Positions 24,316-37,179 of a DNA stretch of 64,000 nt are shown here, one piece after another; the stretch's first letter is position 1, and each line of letters opens with the position of its first letter. The stretch comes from Rhodosorus marinus CCMP1338 (taxonomy: Eukaryota; Plantae; Rhodophyta). Below the pieces are notes generated by a model. That model was not told the DNA's origin, did not search any database, and was given only the letters and a program-made list of their open reading frames with translations. The DNA lies in assembly GCA_029953675.1 (NCBI GenBank), contig JAMWBK010000008.1, positions 1,364,001 to 1,428,000 on the forward strand, read 5' to 3'. Position numbers and translations under genes: made by a program.

Positions 24316-24393
24316 TGAGGTGTGCTGAGAGGAGTGGAAAAGGTTGAAGTTCTTTTTTGAAGTATTTTCGTGATTTGACTTTTGGTGGGAGAG
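23600..24393. promoter_or_regulatory. Putative bidirectional promoter with CCAAT-like boxes, G4 motif and microsatellites
   Basis: AT-rich core with GATTGG at about 23723 and 23869. The left flank is C/A-rich and the right flank G/T-rich. G-tract cluster at 24213-24250, GA repeat at about 24105-24121 and (GT)14 at 24288-24315. Confidence 0.45.
24288..24315 (+). repeat. (GT)14 microsatellite
   Basis: Uninterrupted GT dinucleotide run about 80 nt upstream of the RING gene ATG. Confidence 0.95.
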
Positions 24394-25122
24394 ATGGCTA
24401 ACTTGCCGTTTCCTGTGCAGATGAGCTTCTTCATCGGTGGCGCGGTAATTTGGAGCTTGCTTTACATCTTGTTTTCGCCCCTGGTTGATTTGAATTATAT
24501 CTGAAGATTCTTTTTTTCCTTTGCTTCGCGATGGTTGCTTTCTTGATGTACCAACAGATTTGCGTGTTCATGTGGCAAATGGGTGTCAGAAAGGTAAGAA
24601 AAGGTGGTAGAGATCGAGAGGAACGAATAATCAGCAACCTGGACAGGCTTGCTCCATACTTGCCCATTGAGAACGCGAAAATGGAAAAGGTTGACGGAAA
24701 CTGTTGTGTGTGTCTGGGGGAGTTGCCCGGTGGTATCATGAGAAAAGTCGTTTGCGGGCACGTATTCCACGCGTAAGTTACAAGATTGGAGAAAAATCAA
24801 TCAGCAACTTGGCAACATCTCAGCCCTCGGAAAACGTGAAGCCCTTCCAGAGGGAACCCGGTGAACTCATCCGTGCTCTTCTCTACTTTTGCGTAGAAGC
24901 TGTATTGAGAGATGGATTCTCCATTCCGTGGAAAGGTATCTTGACGTGAAGTCCTTCGTGCGCTCTCCACATGGCTTCCTCGTACCTGGATCCCCATGGC
25001 CGTCATGCCCTCTCTGCATGAAGCTTTTGCTAGTAATCGACGAGACGGATATTCGAGATGCGATCAGCGAGGCCCTTTACTACCACAACCACAACCCGAG
25101 CGGGCTCCAGATGTTTGGGTAA
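24394..25122 (+). CDS. Transmembrane RING-H2 E3 ubiquitin ligase (ATL-like architecture); 3 exons
   Basis: N-terminal hydrophobic helix (FFIGGA|ILFFLCFAMVAFLMY), then CCVC...VCGHVFH(A|S)C...CPLC. Introns about 24445-24507 and 24773-24896. Confidence 0.8.
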
Positions 25123-25824
25123 CACCATGCTAGTGTTTCCTACATGTAATTACGGCCCTGTTTGTGCAGTAGGAGGGCGAAGCCATGGCAAGCACTGGCG
25201 ACGTGAGGCACTCATCGCGTTGTCCCTAAGTACTTCGATTGTTGAAGTCGATTCCAGGTGCGAGGAGCTCGTGCCCATCCGCGCGCCGGGGGGAGGGTAG
25301 GGGGCTCTTTCTACAAGCCTTGAGGCTGGTGATTTTAGTCCGGCGTCGCGGAGCCATACCTAAAAGATGCATCTCCTTCGGGGTCCCCCACGACAGTTCG
25401 ACTAGTCCGCATCGGTGCTGGAGGCACAACATTGTATCATTGACGTTGATAATCGTGCTCGATCGGCGTGGGGATAGATCTCAAGACAGTGGACGATCTC
25501 CATTTATTTTGGCCTGAAACGATGCACATCGTGTTTGTAGAGTCCAAGTCAGTTCATTACTGTTGTACAGCACAATATACAAATACCGAACTGCGAGGAG
25601 AAAGCTATTAAAATTGAAGCGCGAGTAGTTTTTCCCGATTTTCTCCGGGAGCAATCCGGCTAAGCTTGACTTAGGTTAGGTTCAACCATAGCCGGGATTA
25701 TGATCGTTCCCTCTCGGGTGGTCGGCTTTTTCACCAGTCGACAATGGTCACCATACCGGATTCTCTCTCCGACTAGAGTACAACCAGTTCGATCCTTGGA
25801 GTCCATCATCCATTCGAGAATTAA

Positions 25825-27332
25825 TCAGGACAAGAGCAGCCTTTCCGAACTGCTGATATTTGCGGCGCTGCCGAGGGCTTCCAACTCCTCCATGAACAGC
25901 TCTATCAGTCGATCGGGGTTGGGTACCATGCCCTCATCTGCGCAAAAGGTGACCGTAACCTCTCCCTTGTAGCTCAGAGCGATGACTTGTAATCGAACGT
26001 TTGGAAAAGGTGCGTAAATATGCTCTACGGGGATTCCACAGAGCTTCACGGGTGCCGGGGGTCCCGGAACATTGCTGAAAATCACGCTGTGCGATGCGAA
26101 TTGGTTTGAAATAATTTGCCGCTTCATCGAGAGCGAAGTGAACACTCCCCCAATGCTCTGGATGGTCAACTGCAACAAGGCCTCCCCAGATGCTTTGATG
26201 ACTTCCATATCGTTGTGTACGTTTAGGAGCCTGGCGATAGGATCGACAATTTGACTGTGCAAGTCGACCGAGACGAAACACCATCGATTCCTTAGGGTGT
26301 CTGGTTTCTTCCGAGGCAAGACCACGGGCATCATCGCTCTCAACTTGGACGGTTGGCCATTTGTTGTCTCTTGCACATATTTTTTGAGACCCGCACCCAA
26401 CACAGCCGTGAGTACATCGTTCACTGTACAACCGACGCTACCGAAGGAGTTCTTGATAGCCTTGATATACTCCAACGAAAAAGGTGGCGTCCTTGCAAAC
26501 CTCCTCGCTCCAAGTCTTTTCAGGGGACCACCAGTTGCCTCAGAAGAGTTGGTGAATACCGTCTTTGAATCCGATACGAAGGGCAAGGTGGCCAGCTTCA
26601 CCAAAGCCTTCAGTACAGCTCCAGGTTTTAGAGATGGCTTTCTACCTTTCGCACCTGGTTTGCCGAGAACAAGAGGAGAGCCGTCTTCTAGAGCAAGTGT
26701 GCTTGAGAAGGAATCAATTAGACCCATTGCATCTCCCAGCGCGTGATGAAAGCGAAAGAGAACTGCTGAATGGCCCGCCTTTATGCCATGGAGAAAGAGG
26801 AACGCCTCGTGTCAACAACGAACTGAGATTGGTTCTGGTGCAAGGCGAGTTTTCAGCTCACCTGGTTCTGAATCAAATAATAGCTGTGTAACAGACCATC
26901 AAGCGGCAACCCTGTCCCAGCGACCTTTTCGATAATAGCGCTCATGGCGTCATCATCCCGAACAACTTCAACATGGACGACTTGCAACAGTCTATCCTTG
27001 AGATCTTTTAATTCAGTGAACCGATAATCGCGGAAGCCCACTTGCTCAACTCTGGATCTAAGCCGAGCCAGCTGAGGGTTGTCGCGGTACAGCTCCATCA
27101 ACCGAGAAACGAATTCATCCTTCGAAGGTACGCGGCTCATTACAAGCTCCACGTTGATGATGGACATAATCTCCGCCTCAGCTGGGAATGTGTTCTCATA
27201 GAGCGACCGGGAGGTAAAGCTCATCTTTCTCCGAATAGCCGTAAGATCGTCGGCCTTGTTCCGTTTCCTCAGAAAAACAAAACCCAGAATCACAGCTACA
27301 ATTGAGACGACCACTGCTAGAACAACTATCAT
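25825..27332 (-). CDS. Wax ester synthase / diacylglycerol acyltransferase (WS/DGAT); 2 exons
   Basis: N-terminal TM helix, LFRFHHALGDA active-site motif at about 26730-26760, GCTVNDVLTAVLGAGLKKY, SNVPGP and LSYKGEV motifs. Confidence 0.9.
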
Positions 27333-28464
27333 GGTTGACTTTCAAGTACTATAAAAGCGCACAGACTTTTCTGACTGCAACCTCCAACTTCAGAGCTATC
27401 CGCGGTTCGAAGCCACTCCCATTTCCAACCCAAACTGAACGACGGGTATCTGAGCTTGAGGCGGTCTGATGAACTGATCCTGCGGAGTCACTGTCCATCA
27501 AGGGGAGGTTGAAAACCACGGTCAGATCAATGAATCTGGGACCTGGGGCTTAGAAGACCTAACCCAACTGTTCTTTAGGGTTCCTTTTCTGCGATCAAAA
27601 ATGTAGCGCACTTCCGTATGGGGCAGTGTTTCCATACCCCGGGGGTCGTCAAGGACGCAATCAATAGACCATCTAATTCACTGAGTTTACACGTAAGATC
27701 ACTAGGATTTAGTGTTCTATATACCATAGCTACAGATTTGCACTCAATTCTCGTCAGCATCAACTCCACAAAGTGGTGCCAGCGAAACGAACGGAACCCC
27801 GCTGAAGTCTGTGCAAATGTGCACGCTGGCATCATAATGTGTTTTTTAAATTGTTCTAGCTACTGTACAGTCAATACCAAGTACGAAAGCCAGACAAAGC
27901 GCTCACTCGAGATGTTTTACTGTCCAATAGCGACTAAAATAACTGTATTTCTATATTGCAAGGATTGAAAATGAACCGTCCCAGATCTGATTGAGAGAAG
28001 GTTCGGCGGAAGGGGGGGTAGAGGAGGGGCAGCGAAACGGTTTTGTGAAACACTTTCAAAGTGTCTTAGAACGCGTTTGATACTTGGCTAAATTTTCCCG
28101 GGTGTAACCTCTCAAAGGTTTTGGTCGCGATTGTCTGCGGCTACTCTTTTTCCCCGCATGCAAGAACAAATTGCCTACCTACGGAGGCTTTGCGATCGAA
28201 GACCCCACTGACTTTGATCGAACATGCAAACGTCTGAGGCCCATGTCCCATAATGGTATCGCACCTTCGTAACCACCGACGACCTATTGAGTTAATAAAA
28301 TTTACAGATCAAGGCCCGACACCTAGGACGACCTCTCCGGGCCGACGCCGTTCATCAGGTCTACTCATGTCTAATTCCTTTCCAGTCCTCTTTCTCAACG
28401 ATTATTCCCAAAAATTCCAAGCAGCAGCTATCAGAATGAATAACATTATTAACACGCTCGCCAG

Positions 28465-30835
28465 TTATCCCCAATACCATACGTCCTTGATCAGTCTGTC
28501 CGACCGTTCAAGGGCTGTCATTTTCAACTTGGCGTCCGCTTTCGACATCCCACCATGGTCCTGCAGCACACTTGTCAGGCCCTCAACGACACCCCTGACC
28601 ATTTCCCCACCATCGCCGCAAATGTACACCCTCGACTTCTCGTTTTCAACCAGCAATTTGCACAATTGTTGACCCTCTGCCTTAATCCTAGAGGGTAGAA
28701 GCAAAATTGAGATCAATCGCCGAAAGCGAGCTCTGATGCGAAAATTAACGAACCAAAAGTTCCGGGCAATGTGCAACAGGGTAGCCCGCGGGCACCTCAC
28801 TTACTTGTCCTGGACGTAGACTTTATGCTCATGTTCTCGGGAGAAAGCAACACTCAAATAACTTAATGTACCTCCTTCGACGAACCTGTCTAGTTCCTCC
28901 TCGTAAAGATGGTCAGTATCCCGCCTTCGGCAACCAAAATAAAGGGAAACATCAGCTGCGAGGTTTTCGCTGTCTACACGGAGTACTGAGCGCTGCTGCA
29001 GGAACCCTAAGAACGGGGCAACTCCTAGGCAAAACCACTGGAATCAGCAATTGATTCTTCCACGATTTACAGGGAGAACCAAAAGTACCTGTTCCTGGCC
29101 CGATCATAATGTAGGGAACATCCAATTCGGCCGGGGGTTTAAACTTGCCACTGCTTCTGCTCGACAGTACCAGGTTTGGGGTTCGTTCTCCATCGATGAA
29201 TCTGCGCACGATTGGACGTGAAGGTCTGGGTCAGCCACAGGCAGATTTGCTTCCCGATTGGACAGTAGGATTGCAAATACTTACTTCCTACAAAGGTCTT
29301 CCAGATAGCCGGTCGCTACTCCTCTCCTAACACTGCTCGCAACCTCCGCTTCAACAACGGAAAACGCAAAGTGGACAGCCCTTGGGGTATACTCTACAGC
29401 AGATGCCGCAGAGTAGAACCTAGGCTGCAGAGCTGGCAGCAGTTCAAGCAAGATATTGATAGATGGGACACAAGAAGGATTTCCCAGAAGCACGTCCAAA
29501 AGCGACGCCGACTTGTTGAGTATGTTCGCCTCGTACTCCTTACGTCCTGGAATAGGAGCAACAAATGCGGTCGGTTTGAATGAGCGCATTGACCCCGCGA
29601 CGGCAACAATTCTTACTGCTCGGAAACCTTCGCGATTCTCACTTACCTGTTCTTGAGCTCCACAGCAAGAGGCGCTGCTCATCAGCAGCGTCCGTACTTG
29701 AGTCCGCAAGTGCCCGGAGCAACTTCTTGGAGGCAGGCGATCGAATGTCGTATCGCCATCCTAGTGTATCCTTGACCTACAACAGGCAGTTGAGAATACG
29801 GTGCACCTCTCAGAACGTCTTCCTTCAGCCTCTCGCGTTTCCAATGCGTTCCTACCTTTTCGGGTCCATTGACAAGATTTTCACCGTCATAAATAGAAAT
29901 GACCTTGTTACCATCGACTTTCAGGATTGCAAGAAGCTCATCAACCTCCTCGGCGTTGTTGCGCACTCGGACAGAAAAGGCATCCCCTGGTTGATAAGAC
30001 AAATTGTTGTCGCTCTCAACCTCCATGTGCCACACGCGCTTATCGCAACTCGTCGACGTTAACAGTCGTGCTCCACAGACCCTTCCAGTGAACTCGCCGT
30101 TTTCTGTCTTCGTCGACGAATTTTCAACGGGCCCAACGCTCTCCTCGACACGAAGTTTGAGCTCGGCAGGCTTGGGAACACCATTGAGCTGCGTTGGCGC
30201 TTTTGCGGGACTAGGATCCAACTTTTCCGTTTGCGCTTGAAGTGCGGGTGCAATCGCTTCAGCACCGAAATACTTATTCATCGCGTCCCACAATCCATCA
30301 ATCCATGGTTCTACTACCAAATGTAAGCCGATCTCATCATCCGCCTCGCCCCTATAGTAGACATTCTTTGCTCCATATTTTTTCAGAGCCCTCTCCAGCC
30401 GTTTTGACCCGTTGCAGAAGTTTGTGTAGTTTGTATCCCCCAGACCTAAAGTATACACAGGAACCAGATTAGCCTCTGAAACACTATCCTTCTATTGCGT
30501 TCACTTTTCTGAGCCATACCCAATACTGCGTAGCTCACATTCCGCAGAAAATCCACCGGATGCGACTTCTTGCGAAGATATTTAAAAAAACGGTCCGTAT
30601 TGAAGGGTACATCCCCGTCTCCGTATGTGGAAATCACGAACACGAACATGCGACTCTGAACCGGGCTCTTCTCATCCACATGAGACAAGCAGGTCTGCTC
30701 GTAAGAGTTCAGCGGGAGTATACATCCAGCGGATAATCCATGCTCCCCAAGCTCAGCGTGAATCCGCCGAGCAATCGCCTCCGCATTCCCTGTTTCACTT
30801 CCATACATCACATCCACAAGCCTTTCGTTCCCCAT
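28465..30835 (-). CDS. MTRR: Methionine synthase reductase (diflavin FMN/FAD/NADPH oxidoreductase); multi-exon
   Basis: Flavodoxin motifs YGSETGNA and STYGDG; LGLGDTNYTNFCNG...ADDEIGLHLVVEPWIDGLW, which is characteristic of MTRR; LQPRFYSAAS, MIGPGTG, VYICGDG and terminal KDVW. Confidence 0.85.
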
Positions 30836-31869
30836 CCTTTCGTACCTGAGCTCAGCAGTCTCAACAAACGCACTTTCAAAATAACAGCCCCCAGCGCTTG
30901 GATACCACCGACCTCCCGCAAACCTCCAACCCCAACTAACCCCTGGCAAAATAAAAAATGTCGCTAACTACTCCTGTCTGCTCACATACTTCATACACCC
31001 CACCACCTCTCAACTTCTAGTGAAACTCCTCATCGAACTAGCTCCCGTCTTCACAAACCTGGTGGCTTCTCAGCTTTTCTTTTAAAGCACCAGAGCAAGA
31101 AGAACATCAGCCATCCAGACGAAAGCTTTGGCCCTCAACATGAAAACAACTAAATTATTTTGCAAATATGAATGTTTGATGAAGCACGGTTAAGCGGGCG
31201 TTTGGAATGCAAACCTCCGCACGCGCCCCACGTCCTCAGCTGACAGCATTCACTGGTTGCGGAAAATAAAATAAAAACAAGAAAGGGAAACCGTCCGATA
31301 GTATGAATTAATCAAAAATCGTAAGAGATCGTGGTTACCATCGAAACTATTTCGAATTAACAATAATATTGGTTCTTCAGGGTGGGAAATTCTCGGATGG
31401 AAGAGTTTCGATGTTTTCCTGTTGGAAGCGGAGGGGGTAAATGAGTTTGCTTGGCTTGAGAGCGTTGAGGTTGTAACGCGAAATTGTGGACAACAGCGAA
31501 ATTTTTTCAAACGGTTGAGATAACAGCATATCCTCAACAGCACATGGCAATAGGTTTAGTTCCTACTATGTTTCTGCTCCTTCACGCGTTGAACAACCTC
31601 CAGGTTCCTCGTATGCTGCTTAACTGGATGCATTGTTCGGGCTCCCTGCTGCTTACCGGAGCATCATGCACTCACGCGATTAGACCACCCTCTACTATAC
31701 CGAACCAAGGTTTTGCTGCTATGGTTGCCTGTGGTTGCCGAAAACAATTCTTTACATACCATGTCCTTCCATCGGCATAATGCACTACCAACACCTAGCC
31801 GCAAACGTTCCATCCCAATCAAAAACAGCACTATATAAACACCCAAGCAATCACCACCTGCTATAATAT

Positions 31870-33198
31870 CTAGCCACTATGCTCCTCTGGTTTAGGGGTT
31901 GCGACATCCTCCGTACTAGCAAACCTTTTTAAGCTTCCTCCCAGAACCGATGGGCTAGTTCTCAAACCCAACAGCGGTTGAGAGAACAAGTCACTTCTCG
32001 TTTGCATACCAGGCAGGGTTTTTTCCTGACTAGTTCCAGTCGGTGAGAACAGCCTCAAGCTCCTATTGATTTCGTTCACGTCATACGCTGTGTTGGGCAA
32101 CAGGGGAGACGTCGCTGGATTAGAAGGACTAAAGGCCGTTGAAAACGAGAACGTTATCGGAGAGAAGCTCCCAAGCCCTGCCAAAGGTCCTCCCGTATTG
32201 GGCGAAGTCTCGATCCAAGTAGGCGTTTTCTCTCTTAAACCTGTCAAGAAATGATCGTTCAACGGAAAGTCGTAGCGGGCAGAAGACATGGAACCCTGCG
32301 ATGCGAATCTTATCAGCCCTGAATGGGGTACATGTGAGGCCTTCCTCGGCTCTAGATTGATATCAATGTCGTATGAGTCCAGCGCCTTCCTACTCGGGGC
32401 TCGCTGACCCTGTACATTTGCTCCTGTAAGATTCACGCCGGCGTCTGCTGGTAGAGCCGGGAGAGAAGACTTCTGTCGCAAAGATGACGCACTGGACAAA
32501 CCAAATCCTCGCCGCGCCGAGTTCTGAGCTCTGACAGCTGGGAGCCTAGAGCCTGAAGTAGCCACATCCTTATTGTAGTTCTGTCCACCTCTCATGAACC
32601 CGTTGTCCATCCCCGGCAACGATGGGAACATTTCCAAAGTCGAAGACGGCGCTGGCTCCCTGCCGCCCGAGCACTGACCTTGACCCACATTACCCTTCGC
32701 TTCCTGAGCTGGCTTTCGGAAAGACGGCTCAAGTGCAGTCAATTTGTCTTTTTTGGGAATCTTTTTCATGGCTGACTCCTTCACCGCGGTTTTTCTCTTC
32801 GCGGTTCTCGCGTTTGCACCACCTATGCGTCCGTTAGGTTTCGCCAGCTGCGCCATCCTAGGAGGTGCGGCTTCCTTTGCTGCATCCTTACCCAAGAACG
32901 ATGAATCGCTGGTACCATTCGGATGCGCGTTGAGCTCATGAAATGTTATTGACGATTTCCACATGAATCGCTTGTCACACCCATGGGCAGAACAGGTGTA
33001 TGGCAGCTCTCCAGTGTGTTTTCTCATATGAATTTTACAGTTAGCTTTCTTGTTGAAGGATCTGTCGCAGAACGTGCACCGAAAAAGCTGCACACCGCCT
33101 TCCACGACCATCCTTGGCTCTGGACCCTCCCCTTCTCTCCCTCCACCAGGTCCGCCGGTGGACGCCATCCCATTCGACTCACCCACGGGGATGCTCAA
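31870..33198 (-). CDS. C2H2 zinc-finger transcription factor (two fingers); intronless
   Basis: FRCTFCDRSFNKKANCKIHMRKH-TGELPY-TCSAHGCDKRFMWKSSITFHELNAH, followed by a long Ser/Pro/Gly-rich disordered tail. Confidence 0.9.
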   Translation of the reverse strand: MSIPVGESNGMASTGGPGGGREGEGPEPRMVVEGGVQLFRCTFCDRSFNKKANCKIHMRKHTGELPYTCSAHGCDKRFMWKSSITFHELNAHPNGTSDSSFLGKDAAKEAAPPRMAQLAKPNGRIGGANARTAKRKTAVKESAMKKIPKKDKLTALEPSFRKPAQEAKGNVGQGQCSGGREPAPSSTLEMFPSLPGMDNGFMRGGQNYNKDVATSGSRLPAVRAQNSARRGFGLSSASSLRQKSSLPALPADAGVNLTGANVQGQRAPSRKALDSYDIDINLEPRKASHVPHSGLIRFASQGSMSSARYDFPLNDHFLTGLREKTPTWIETSPNTGGPLAGLGSFSPITFSFSTAFSPSNPATSPLLPNTAYDVNEINRSLRLFSPTGTSQEKTLPGMQTRSDLFSQPLLGLRTSPSVLGGSLKRFASTEDVATPKPEEHSG

Positions 33199-34371
33199 TG
33201 TCGCTCAGCAGTTGCCAAGGTCCGTCAACAATCACGGGTATCCCCGTCTTAGTCTCATCCAGCAATTCTCGGGGACCTGCAACACTTTAACCTTGCAAAA
33301 TGGGAACCAAAAAAAGTATTTTCCACCTGACAAACAAACACAGTCCAACCTGCTGCTCAGTCGCGGGCGCAACTCTAGCATCAAAATGTACAGTCCTCGC
33401 AAGCGGGTTCCGCGGTCTGTAACTCTCAATCCCGGTCTTTCTTGAGCACGAAGGGGGCGAGTAACTCGCTTTACGAAAGCGCCTCCCAAAAAGACAAGAC
33501 TTGCCAAGGTTCAATGGGGTATTCACGAAATTTTTACTCACAACGCAGGATCCAGAATATGCCATCTCGGCCATCGGCAGGTCAAAGTAGTCAGATTCCC
33601 TGAGAAATGCATCAGGGCCGGTAGGCCGCAACCACAAAGGGCCTCAGTGGATCTGAACATCCCAAACATACTTGATATTATTAAAACAAATTGACGTTCC
33701 GCAAGTAGCCCTCGCTCCTCTCGGCCATGTTGTGGCACAATTGCTAACGTTCCCCCCCTGCTACCCCAGGCTAACGTCCATCCATTGTCTCTGGCATATT
33801 TTGGGTTCAGTATTGGCTTGTCAACTAGGAAGTTTCAGTCTCAGATTCCTAACGGTTTCGGAACCCTTGTAAACAGGATTCTGGTTTCGCCGAACCGCCT
33901 GTAACTTTTTTTTTCTCATACCCAGGGTGGGTTTTTTTTTTTTAACATTTGGGAAGCTACCGTAGTTTTTCCCATTCCGGACATTCTGAACCTATTCCAC
34001 GGACTACCGCAAAGAAAACCAAAAACCAATCTACGTCCCGCCCCTCAGCAAACATGAACGGGGCAAAAGTTGTAGCAGACAATCTGCAGAGCAGGGGGAA
34101 AACGTTAGACTCAAAGCCATCAAAACAAGGACCCCATTTATGAGATAGACAAGAAATAGATTCCCCAAAACCAAAGAATCGTAAATTTAGGTGATTTCCT
34201 ACAATCATACCAATCCCCCCCTCACTTACTCGAAACCCTCTAATAATTCAAAGAAAACAACTATGTAAGTATATTGGAATCCTGTTAATTTAACATTTTA
34301 CCCCTTTATTCTCAGATTCTGGAACTCGGAGAATCCTGATATATTATTTTCAATATTCATGGATCTATTTT

Positions 34372-34417
34372 ACAGCTGTCCGAATCTTTGAGAAGATGAG
34401 AAGATTCGGACAGCTGT
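34372..34417. repeat. Perfect 17-bp inverted repeat (hairpin) with 12-nt loop
   Basis: acagctgtccgaatctt (34372-34388) is the exact reverse complement of aagattcggacagctgt (34401-34417). Confidence 0.9.
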
Positions 34418-37179
34418 CGTTTCGCGTAGGGCAAGAAAACAAGGAAAAATTAAACCTTTCTCGTGGGTTTTTGAGGGGAGCAATATTTTTAAGAAAAACT
34501 CGCCATTTTCTTAGAAAAAATACAGTTTATAATCGCAATCCTATATGCCGCTCTCTCTGCGGGGTACACGGATAGGTCATCAATAGGAACCTACCCTTGG
34601 CGAAAATATGCAAGAAAGGGTTTTTGTTTTTGTTTATTTACTTAGTGGATGTCGACCATGTTTCACGCCTCGAAACCTCCATGTGGATTCGAACATGGAA
34701 GAATTTCAACGAATCATTGATGAAAGTGTTTAGGGTAGACGATGCTCAGACCTATGAAAGGCGAGGAAAAAGCAACTGAAGTCCTCGCGGGCCGATGTCT
34801 GTCACCTCTTGAGCTTCAGCACTTTGTGCATACACTACAGGGCCATGGAGTCGCGGCAATCTATCTTATGCTTGTGGCTGCACTAATGCAGCCTCTTGCG
34901 GCTGTGAAGTGTATAATGCGAACTAGTTACAAGGAACTAGGGCAAGATCCGCGGTTTGGCTCCTCGCGTTCGAAAGGTTTCAGAGTTCATCAGGTTTCGA
35001 TGTGAGGGAAAGAGTGAGAGATGCTCCGAAATCGCTCTACTCTCTGAGTTTCTGATCCCAGCTTCCCTATTGTAGCATTGTATTGCTACTACCCCGAGGA
35101 AGCTCTCCGCGCCCTCGCCCGAGTCGTCCTAGTGACTCCCCCCAAATATGTGCAGAGCTACTCTTCAGAGCAACACGAAGCGAAGTCGCTGGAAGCGAAC
35201 GCATTGTTTGCACAGAGCTTGGGTGTGACGCTGGGGATCTCTTCTTAATATTGTTGAAATAAGCTCCTCCTCTGGGAAACTTAGGCCCAGCGAGAGACAC
35301 GCTTATAATACATAGCACGGTTCCTGGCGTCTTGTTGAGGCTGACCGTCTGTTCTGCATCAAGATACTCCAATAACAAGAACCCGTGTGGCGTTTTAAAG
35401 AGAATAATGCATTCAACTGGACCTTTTCATTGAAGCACAAAGCCCAGCATGCACTGGCAGCGGCCGCGCATTTCTATCCATGCGCCTTTCGACTTGGCCG
35501 GAAGCGGAAGGCGACCACACTCCGCCGCAGAAATGCTTTGCTAATATGTGCTGCAGACGTTTCCAGCGCAACTTCGCAATTGTATCAGCGATAGCTAGTT
35601 CATGATTATCCTGAGACTCCTCCCTATCACTTGAGTGGGTAGGGACCCTAACCCCAGTGTGGTCAAACAGACTTTCACCTACAAAACGGATCTAGTAAAA
35701 CAAATATCGAGAGTGCTGAAACGTTTGTCTTCGCTACAGGAAAAATATCTAGAAGCTTTCCCCTGCGAGCGAATGATGTTAGCCGACAATGTAGCCACCT
35801 ACACTAGCCTCGTGAGCATCCCAGTTCCGATTCTAGCCGCGTGGTGAGCACCATTCCGTGGTGCGCAATGAACTTCCTGCTGAGCTTTTCCAGGCTCCTT
35901 GTCGCCACTGTGGCATGCAATTCGTTGACCATAAAAGTTAGTTCACACCAAGGTTGAATCCCGTCCAGGCGCTTTTTTTGGATAACAAAACCAGCGTCTG
36001 CATTCAAAGCAGTCCGCAGAAATGTTGGTTGCTGTGTTTAAGAGTTGTTTACTCAACTCTTAAATACAGCAACATTTCTGGTCGCTCATACATCTAACTA
36101 AAAAGAAGCCAAAATGGATGTTCCACTAAATTCATTTTCAGAACTTAATTTAACGGAATGCCCGAATTTTCTTTGAGGTCGGTTTCCCTCAAAACCCGAT
36201 TTTGGTTTGAAATTATTCTATGATACAGGAAACGGATTGTGAATGGACCGCAAATTGCCAACTGATCAATTGATTGAAAGCGGGCGATCGACCAAGCCTA
36301 GTGTCAGTTCAAAGGCGTTCGCTACTTCTCAATTGGACACAAAGGGTTTGTATCAATCGTAAATAAAAGCGATTTTACTGCCTTCACTGAAGCGTGGAGG
36401 CTTTGCTACATGCGTCGAGATCCTTTTGGTTCGCGTACTGTTTGATGGAGGAAGGCACGTTGCTTTATTGCGCAGGGTTTTGTTTCTTGCTCGATGACGA
36501 GTATTGGACTAGTACATGTGGCTTGGCTGGAGCATGGTTTCCATGCCCGTGTATGGTTCTTAGTACTGCCCTGTACAATACTACGAACGGTTCACACCGC
36601 TTTGCAGGAAAATGGTTATCTCTTGCATGCCTGCCTGTGGCTGAGTGATCTGCCGCTGCACCGTGTTTGCCAACTAGCTGGCTTGTGTTCCAAGCACCCG
36701 GGAAAAGAACATGGCGTTTGGGGGCCATAGGCTTCTCCGTAAATCTCCCAGAATTTCGTCCAAGAGCAACCCCTTGTTCGATACTATGCGATGATGGAAG
36801 CCGGGAGAACGGAAGGACGTGAAAACACAGATATCACTAAAACGCTCTTCACGTGTCCCTGCAACTTCTCCCACCCACCAACCCCCTCCCGGCGACTCAA
36901 CAGAAAACACCCCACAAAACGAAGCGTTAGTCCAATGTCTGAGAGGTTTTCCACTTTGGCCCTGAAGTAGAGCGGCGAATCGCAAAGCACAGTGATGTTA
37001 CATTCTTTTACTTTTGCTCTTAAAATGCATCCGAAATGAGTTTGTCAGTGTATCCGTCGCTGAATGGTCGTTAGTCTATACAGCACGCTTTCGTAGTTAA
37101 TTTTCGTTGTATGCACAAAAACAGATTTGATGATTTCGAGGCAACGGGATGAAAAGCAAAGTTGGTATTCATAATCATG

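Noticed and set aside
34597-36990. Several 60-100-aa ORFs on both strands
   Set aside because: No recognisable motifs or consistent splicing; could be decayed repeats or noise.
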